Below, in pieces: positions 32,788-38,663 of a stretch of 38,663 nucleotides of DNA. The notes below the pieces were generated by a model, which saw only the letters and a list, made by a program, of their open reading frames with translations, was not told the origin of the DNA and did no database searches. Every line of letters starts with the position of its first letter. The stretch's first letter is position 1. The stretch covers positions 1-38,663 of the forward strand of contig JAQUAH010000001.1 of NCBI GenBank assembly GCA_028687345.1, read 5' to 3'. The position numbers and the translations under genes were made by a program. The stretch is from Candidatus Omnitrophota bacterium. Its GTDB lineage: Bacteria > Omnitrophota > Gorgyraeia > Gygaellales > Profunditerraquicolaceae.

Positions 32788-34082
32788 TTTTCGCTTCTGC
32801 CTATTCCGATATAAATAAACCCAAGCTTGCTTAATTTTTTCGGGTCATAAATATTGCGGCCGTCAATAATCAGGGGCCTTTTCAGCAGTTTTTTAACCCT
32901 GGTAAAATCTAATTCTTTAAATTCATCCCATTCCGTGACAATCAACAGGCAATCAGCGTCCTTACAGGCCTGGTAGGGGTCCTTGCAAAATTTCGCATTT
33001 TTTAGCATGCTTCTTGCTTTTGCCATTGCCTGGGGGTCATATACCTTTATATTTGCGCCCTCTGCCTCTAATGCCTTTATTATATCCAAAGACGGCGCAT
33101 TGCGTATATCATCGGTGCTGGGTTTAAAAGACAAACCCAACACCCCTATTGTCTTGTCTTTGATTATCCATAAAGCATCTTTTAATTTCCCAAGGACACA
33201 GGCCTTTTGTTGTTCATTTATATCCTTCACCGCTTTGAGCAGTTCAAAATTATAACCCAGCTTTTCAGAGATAGTAATGAATGCATCCAAATCCTTGGGG
33301 AAACACGAACCGCCGTAGCCTACGCCTGCATTCAGGAAGGAGCTGCCGATTCTTTTATCTAAACCCATACCCTCGGCAACTTCTGTGATTTGCGCGCCTA
33401 CTTTGTCGCATATATTAGAAACAGCGTTAATAAAGGAGATTTTTGTCGCCAGGAATGCATTTGAGGCATGCTTGATTAATTCAGCAGATTTTATATTTGT
33501 AATTACTATAGGCGCATGCAGGGGTTTATACAGGCTTAGCAATATATCCCTTGCCTTCTTTGACTCTACCCCGATAACAATCCTGTCGGGGTGCATAAAA
33601 TCATTTATTGCGCAACCTTCCCTTAAAAACTCCGGGTTTGAGGCTACGTCAAATTTAACATTGCGTTTTACATGCGTGGAAATAGTATGCTTTACCCATT
33701 CACCGGTTTCAACGGGCACCGTGGATTTTTCTGCTATCAGGCGGTAACTGCTCATATTTATAGCTATTTGACGGGCTACATTCTCTATGCCGGTAAGGTC
33801 TGCTTCTCCGTTACCAAGAGATGGGGTGCCTACGGCAATAAAGATTATTTCGGATTCTTTTACAGCCTCTTTTATGCTGGTTGTGAAGCGCAGCCTCTTT
33901 CTTTTAAGATTATTTGCCACCAATTCTTCCAAGCCGGGTTCGTATATGGGTATAACCCCTTTTTTAAGGTCGCTTATCTTCTCTGTATCATTATCTGCGC
34001 AAATAACTTTATTACCCAGTTCAGCAAAACAGGCTCCGGTAACTAAGCCTACATAACCTGAACCGATTATAGATATATTCAC
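32784..34082 (-). CDS. ugd: UDP-glucose 6-dehydrogenase (GTG start)
   Basis: ISIIGSGYVGLVTGACFAELGNKVICADND, NPEFLREG and GYGGSCFPKDL are present. The start codon GTG is at 34082..34080, with GGAAGAG upstream. Confidence 0.9.
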   Translation of the reverse strand: MNISIIGSGYVGLVTGACFAELGNKVICADNDTEKISDLKKGVIPIYEPGLEELVANNLKRKRLRFTTSIKEAVKESEIIFIAVGTPSLGNGEADLTGIENVARQIAINMSSYRLIAEKSTVPVETGEWVKHTISTHVKRNVKFDVASNPEFLREGCAINDFMHPDRIVIGVESKKARDILLSLYKPLHAPIVITNIKSAELIKHASNAFLATKISFINAVSNICDKVGAQITEVAEGMGLDKRIGSSFLNAGVGYGGSCFPKDLDAFITISEKLGYNFELLKAVKDINEQQKACVLGKLKDALWIIKDKTIGVLGLSFKPSTDDIRNAPSLDIIKALEAEGANIKVYDPQAMAKARSMLKNAKFCKDPYQACKDADCLLIVTEWDEFKELDFTRVKKLLKRPLIIDGRNIYDPKKLSKLGFIYIGIGRSEK

Positions 34083-34140
34083 CCCGCTCTTCCTTTCTTA
34101 TTATAACCCCAGCCCTATTTTATGAAGGGCGGGGATTCCT

Positions 34141-36522
34141 TTAAGGATTTGACTGCGACCCCGGCTTAGGCGCATGATAACTCTGGTTGATTTCAAATTC
34201 CATTTCCGGAAATGCCTTAAGCCTGAAAACAAACCAAACCGTTTCTCCCTGGCCTCTTTTTACATTATAAGACATATCCATGGTCCAGCAGTGCAGGTCT
34301 CTTGAAATGGTGTACTCCTGTTCTCTTATGCCTCGTTTTAGAGTAGGGTCATGGCCCCTATTGCGCCTCTGGTACATGTAAAACCTCCACTTGGGGTTAA
34401 TGCGCCAATCAAGGCTGAAAGTTATCTCATTGCCTCCTTTTCTCTGGTAGCGCTGGCCGATTCCCAGCCAACGCTCTCGGCCCAGGGAAAAACTAGAATC
34501 CCAGTTTACATTAGTAAAAGTATTGTAACCCTCATCAGAACGGTTGCCGGAACGCTTATAGGTAGCCTCAGTATATACTCGCATCCAGGAATAAGGCAAT
34601 AATTCCAATTTGAAAAGGACGTCGGATAAATTGCTGCCTAATTTATCCCCTGTCTTAGGCTTAAAAGCATAACTGCTATTTACAATAAAATTAACTAAAT
34701 CTACGCTTTGCCCTTTGCGCTTTGTCTGGAGTTTATTGGTTAATTCAAGCGTCATAGCATTGCTTCTTGCGATGGAATCAACACTGTCTATCTGCTTGAG
34801 ATGGCTGCTTGATATGGTCGGCTCATGGTTAAACGAGTAGCCGATACTGGGTGTGATGATGTGCCTTAGGTCATTTATATCCATCCCGAGAAAATTAGAT
34901 TTAATATTAAAGATACGGTAAAATTTAGTGCTCAGGTCTGCGCCGGCATAAAAAATAGTCCGCGTTAAGCCAACCGATTCATCAACGCTCTGATTATAAT
35001 AAGTCTCCTGGTTTTTAACAAAGGGGGTCAACCTGAAGAACGCTACTTTCATCGGCATGGAAAATTTATTTGTCGTATCAAACCGCTGCGATGTTACATC
35101 ATCCTCGGACGGCGAAGGGACAGCGTGTTGATAATTATAACTTGCTGCCTGGGTATTATTTTCGAAATAAAACCTGCTTTCTCCGATTCTAACATTGGGT
35201 AAGCTATATTTTATCTCAGGCAATTTCTCTAACTGCGTATACCAGCGGTTGGTGCGTGGTTGAACTAAAAAGTCTAAACTGGAATAATTAAAAGCATGAT
35301 GCATTAAAACATATGATAAAGGCTGAGTATCTTTTTCATATTCCCGGAAGAAGTAGTCTTTTAAGATATTAAACTGCCTGCCCACGACAAACATCTTAGA
35401 ATCAACAATCCTGTAATATTCTGAAGTGAAATTTGTCTTATTGTCTATATCCCATTTATGGCGCCAACGTATAAAGTATCTCTCAAATTTCTTGGGGGAC
35501 ATCGGGTCATCCTGGTCTATATCCTTGGATTTGTCTCTTTCCTGCGTGTAATAAAGCTTAAAGTCTCCTTTACCGAATCCCGGAGGCGTATAGTTAACGC
35601 CAAAACCTTCTGCAATGCCAAAATTCTGCCTTAAATCGAAGTATATCCTTCCGTTTACATTTTCGGTAATTTTATACCGCCAAGCAGTTAAAACATATGC
35701 ACCCCACTGTTTGTCTTTGCCCGGCATTACCTGTACATGCATAATAGGGTCCTTAAGGCTGCGCACAAATCGTGGAAGATACATAATAGGAACTTTCCCT
35801 AAACAAAAGAGCGCATCCTTAAGCTCTACCCTGTCACCCATAAAAAAGTTTATCTTTCTTGTTTTCATACGATAGTGAGGACGGTCAAGGCTGCAGGTGG
35901 TCATGTAGGACCTGTGGGTAATAAACTCTGTCTCGCTTACTTTGTCCACTTTTTCGGCGCGGCCGAAATATGGGCTGGCTCTAAATTGCGAATCAATCAT
36001 TAATCCGGTCTTGTTCGTAAAATTGTAGCTTATCTTTTCGCCTTCTATAACTCCGGCTTCTTCATCTAACCTCGCATTGCCCTCTGCAAGGCAATCTTTA
36101 GTCACCATATTAAGAGTTAACTTTTGGCAGGTTAATTTTACGCCCTTATAGATTACCTCTACATTTCCGAAAGCCGCAACTTCTCTGGCGTCCGTAGAAT
36201 ACTCGAGCCTGTCCCCAGTGACTTCAATAGGCTTCTTCGCTTCCTCTTCTCCTGCTGCGGTGTTTTCTTTATTTGATAAGAAACTTTTAAAGGGGCCTAA
36301 TCCTTCATTTTCCTTAGGGGGCTGCGTAGTAGCAGCTTCTGTATAGGCAGGGTTTTCTTCCTGCGGCTTCTCCTGCTTATTTTCCTGGGCGTATAAAAAC
36401 AGGATTCCGATGACAGAACACAGATATCCGGATAATAAAACAATAATAAATTTCCAATATTTCTTAAACTTAGGGTTGGAAGTGTTAGCTGAACGAGCAG
36501 GATTGGAAGATTGATTATTCAT
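34141..36522 (-). CDS. lptD: LPS-assembly outer-membrane protein LptD (OstA family)
   Basis: It has an N-terminal anchor or signal sequence. The OstA-like jellyroll segment is VTGDRLEYSTDAREVAAFGNVEVIYKGVKLTCQKLTLN...AEGNARLDE. A large aromatic-rich beta-barrel of about 550 aa follows. Confidence 0.72.
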   Translation of the reverse strand: MNNQSSNPARSANTSNPKFKKYWKFIIVLLSGYLCSVIGILFLYAQENKQEKPQEENPAYTEAATTQPPKENEGLGPFKSFLSNKENTAAGEEEAKKPIEVTGDRLEYSTDAREVAAFGNVEVIYKGVKLTCQKLTLNMVTKDCLAEGNARLDEEAGVIEGEKISYNFTNKTGLMIDSQFRASPYFGRAEKVDKVSETEFITHRSYMTTCSLDRPHYRMKTRKINFFMGDRVELKDALFCLGKVPIMYLPRFVRSLKDPIMHVQVMPGKDKQWGAYVLTAWRYKITENVNGRIYFDLRQNFGIAEGFGVNYTPPGFGKGDFKLYYTQERDKSKDIDQDDPMSPKKFERYFIRWRHKWDIDNKTNFTSEYYRIVDSKMFVVGRQFNILKDYFFREYEKDTQPLSYVLMHHAFNYSSLDFLVQPRTNRWYTQLEKLPEIKYSLPNVRIGESRFYFENNTQAASYNYQHAVPSPSEDDVTSQRFDTTNKFSMPMKVAFFRLTPFVKNQETYYNQSVDESVGLTRTIFYAGADLSTKFYRIFNIKSNFLGMDINDLRHIITPSIGYSFNHEPTISSSHLKQIDSVDSIARSNAMTLELTNKLQTKRKGQSVDLVNFIVNSSYAFKPKTGDKLGSNLSDVLFKLELLPYSWMRVYTEATYKRSGNRSDEGYNTFTNVNWDSSFSLGRERWLGIGQRYQRKGGNEITFSLDWRINPKWRFYMYQRRNRGHDPTLKRGIREQEYTISRDLHCWTMDMSYNVKRGQGETVWFVFRLKAFPEMEFEINQSYHAPKPGSQSNP

Positions 36523-36525
36523 CAG

Positions 36526-37173
36526 CTATTTTTTAGGAATCTTCTTATGGTCTTCTAAAAACTTTTGGATACCGGCATCGGTAAGCGGGTGCTTTATTAA
36601 TTGCTCAATTACCGCAAAAGGTACGGTAGCGATATCTGCCCCTATCAAGGCTGCATCAACTACATGCAGGGGATTACGCACAGATGCCACAATAATCTCT
36701 GTCTTAAAATTATAATTAGAATAAATTTGTTTTATGTCACGGATTAAATCTATTCCTGCTTGAGCTATGTCATCTAATCTGCCGATAAACGGAGAAACAT
36801 AATCTGCTCCTGCCTTAGCCGCCAATAAAGCCTGGGTAGCAGAAAAACAAAGAGTCACATTTATCTTAACCCCCTCGCCGGAAAGTATCTTTACCGCCTT
36901 CAGGCCCTCTTTAGTAAGCGGTATCTTTATTACTATATTTTTTGCAATCTTTGAAAGCTCGCGGGCTTCTTTAATCATACCGGCAGTATCAAGGCTGATT
37001 ACCTCTGCACTCACCGGGCCGCTGACTAACGCGCAGATTTCCTTTAATAAATCAACCGCTGCCCTGTTCTCCCTGGCAATGAGGCTGGGATTTGTGGTCA
37101 CGCCGTCTATAACCCCAAGGCTGCCAGCCTCTTTTATCTCTTTAAGATTTGCGGTATCTATAAATAATTTCAT
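36526..37173 (-). CDS. fructose-6-phosphate aldolase / short (type 3B) transaldolase
   Basis: [44 protein letters not shown] (Schiff-base Lys) and SPFIGRLDD are present. Length is 215 aa. Confidence 0.92.
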   Translation of the reverse strand: MKLFIDTANLKEIKEAGSLGVIDGVTTNPSLIARENRAAVDLLKEICALVSGPVSAEVISLDTAGMIKEARELSKIAKNIVIKIPLTKEGLKAVKILSGEGVKINVTLCFSATQALLAAKAGADYVSPFIGRLDDIAQAGIDLIRDIKQIYSNYNFKTEIIVASVRNPLHVVDAALIGADIATVPFAVIEQLIKHPLTDAGIQKFLEDHKKIPKK

Positions 37174-37174
37174 A

Positions 37175-38095
37175 CTAACTGTTGAGCTTTACTAAAATTG
37201 CTGCGCCAATCAGGCCTGCATCATTACCTAATTTTGCCTTAAATATTTTTACTTGTTTTGCCTGTACGCTCATTGCCTGTTCGTTAATTGCCTTCTTTAC
37301 CCTGTCTAATAATACCTCACCGGCATTGGCAACTCCGCCGCCTATAATTATGGCATCTAAATTAAGTAAATTGACTACACCGCAGAGCGCCAAGCCCAGG
37401 CGCCTTGCTACTTTGGACCAGGTATTTAAAGCCAGTCTGTTGTGCCTTTTTGCCAAGAGGCTCAATTCTTCCAGGGAAATGTCCCGCCTGAAAAGTCTCC
37501 TGGCTTCTTGTATAATCCTGCTATTTCCTATGTATGCCTCTAAACATCCCCTGGCCCCGCAATTGCAACGGGCCCCTTCTTCATTAATAGGCACGTGGCC
37601 TATTTCTCCAGCGGCGTTACTGCTTCCGCGATAAAGACTTCCATTAATAATCAAACCGCCGCCTACCCCTGTTCCCAGTGTAATACATAATGAATTTTTA
37701 AACCCGCGCGCCGCTCCCAATTTATATTCCGCCAGAGTCATAAGATTTGCGTCATTGTCAAGAAAAATTGGCAGCCTTAATCTTTTGCTTAATATTTTCT
37801 TAAGCCTTACTTCTTTCCACCCGGGTATGTTTGGAAAAAAGTGCACTATGCCGTTCTTCTCATCCACCGGGCCCGGCAGGCCTAAACCAATACCTAAAAT
37901 GTCGCTTCTTTTAAGGCCCCTGGCTTCTAAAATCGTATTCACGCAGGTTACGATAGCTGAAATCAGGCTTTCTTTCCTGAAGAATTTTCGCGTCCTTAAT
38001 ACCTCTTTATGAATAATTTTAAAATCCAGATTCAGGAGGCCGAGCTTTAGGTTTGTGCCCCCCAAATCAACTGCGATGATAAATTTTTTACTCAT
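37175..38095 (-). CDS. glk: ROK-family glucokinase
   Basis: [33 protein letters not shown] and the zinc motif [12 protein letters not shown] are present. Confidence 0.85.
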   Translation of the reverse strand: MSKKFIIAVDLGGTNLKLGLLNLDFKIIHKEVLRTRKFFRKESLISAIVTCVNTILEARGLKRSDILGIGLGLPGPVDEKNGIVHFFPNIPGWKEVRLKKILSKRLRLPIFLDNDANLMTLAEYKLGAARGFKNSLCITLGTGVGGGLIINGSLYRGSSNAAGEIGHVPINEEGARCNCGARGCLEAYIGNSRIIQEARRLFRRDISLEELSLLAKRHNRLALNTWSKVARRLGLALCGVVNLLNLDAIIIGGGVANAGEVLLDRVKKAINEQAMSVQAKQVKIFKAKLGNDAGLIGAAILVKLNS

Positions 38096-38142
38096 TAGCG
38101 TTGTATTTTATATTAAAAACATTGGAATTGCAAGAGATAATC

Positions 38143-38663
38143 TTATTTTGTGGGATTAAAGACGCGGACCTGATTCCTGCCTGCCTCCTTAGCAATATAT
38201 AGGGCTTCATCTCCCCTTTCAATAAGCCCCTGGATATCCGGGGAATCATCCGGGAATGTAGCTAAGCCTATGCTAACCGTAATCTTTAAATCCTCATCAT
38301 AAGCCCTGATAGATTTAGATTCTATCGCCTGCCTGATACGTTCTGCGGCAAAACCTGCCTTTTCTTTATCTGTTTCGGTTAAAACAATCGATAATTCTTC
38401 GCCGCCGTATCTACCCATAAAATCCACTTGCCTTATGTTTTCTTTAATTTCCTTCGTTACTTCCCTCAGGATGACATCGCCTACGAGATGGCCGTAGTGG
38501 TCATTGTATTTTTTGAAATAATCTAAATCTACTATAAGGAAAGAAAAACAGTATCTAAGTTTCTTTGAACGCTCCAATTCCTCATTGCATCTGTCTAAAA
38601 AATGCCTGCGGTTAAATACTTGAGTCAGGCCGTCGGTAATGGTAAGCTCCTGAACTCTCTGGT
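38143..38663 (-). CDS. GGDEF-domain protein, 5'-truncated at the window edge (variant GGEEL motif)
   Basis: The ORF track starts at a TTG. I translated the same frame by hand and found it open to nt 38661 (QRVQELTITDGLTQVFNRRHFLDRCNEELERSKKL...). That is the canonical start of a GGDEF domain, so the gene continues beyond the window. DLDYFKKYNDHYGH and RQVDFMGRYGGEEL are present. Confidence 0.85.
   Translation of the reverse strand, partial: QRVQELTITDGLTQVFNRRHFLDRCNEELERSKKLRYCFSFLIVDLDYFKKYNDHYGHLVGDVILREVTKEIKENIRQVDFMGRYGGEELSIVLTETDKEKAGFAAERIRQAIESKSIRAYDEDLKITVSIGLATFPDDSPDIQGLIERGDEALYIAKEAGRNQVRVFNPTK

Noticed and set aside
38170-38190. CCTGCCTGCC match on the plus strand inside the right-edge GGDEF gene
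   Set aside because: It has no inverted partner and encodes the conserved ...EAGRNQV... segment on the minus strand. It is a coincidental half-site, not a REP copy.
1-38663. Mobile elements, CRISPR-Cas, restriction-modification, toxin-antitoxin or other known defence systems
   Set aside because: No transposase, integrase, recombinase or Cas motif, nuclease/methylase signature or small paired ORFs of TA type were seen in any frame. The only compositionally atypical block (20173-22034) lacks flanking direct repeats or mobility genes.

Overview
This 38.7 kb window comes from a compact, fairly AT-rich bacterial chromosome. LptD and large beta-barrel proteins indicate a diderm. I cannot assign taxonomy by eye. 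After one 5'-truncated plus-strand CDS at the left edge, every gene from 1139 to the right edge lies on the minus strand, often with 4-nt ATGA or 8-nt overlaps.

Most of the content is housekeeping:
- Lipid and secretion genes: plsY-pgsA-lepB-lepA.
- cmk and an aromatic amino-acid block: tyrA, DAHP synthase, hisC, pheA.
- DNA maintenance: scpB, ruvA, ruvC, yebC.
- An RNA-processing cluster that the ORF track cannot show: tRNA(CAU), tRNA-Val(CAC), a coiled-coil zinc-ribbon protein, RNase HI and a type-A RNase P RNA.
- A DUF3473/CE4 deacetylase, GNAT and Met-rich secreted protein operon.
- rpoD-dnaG-NIF3-like-cvpA.
- A four-gene UDP-sugar operon: ugd, an amino-sugar dehydrogenase, an epimerase and UDP-xylose synthase.
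- lptD, transaldolase/FSA, ROK glucokinase and a second, 5'-truncated GGDEF protein at the right edge.

The parts these families do not explain:
1. An AT-rich module of four translationally coupled orphan envelope proteins at 20173-22034. One is a secreted protein built of seven 14-aa FSKPSFS repeats. The module sits directly behind a PAS-GGDEF-HD-GYP c-di-GMP enzyme.
2. Two tandem hairpin repeats upstream of the tRNA genes that each begin with the tRNA 5' end.
3. Both tRNAs carry C instead of the near-universal U at T-loop position 55.
4. A GC-rich CCTGCCTGCC/GGCAGGCAGG palindrome family in three intergenic gaps.
5. A 420-nt non-coding gap containing a GGA-rich candidate structured RNA or attenuator.

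I saw no transposase, integrase, CRISPR array, toxin-antitoxin pair or known defence genes. The candidate novel-system calls are inference from sequence patterns only.
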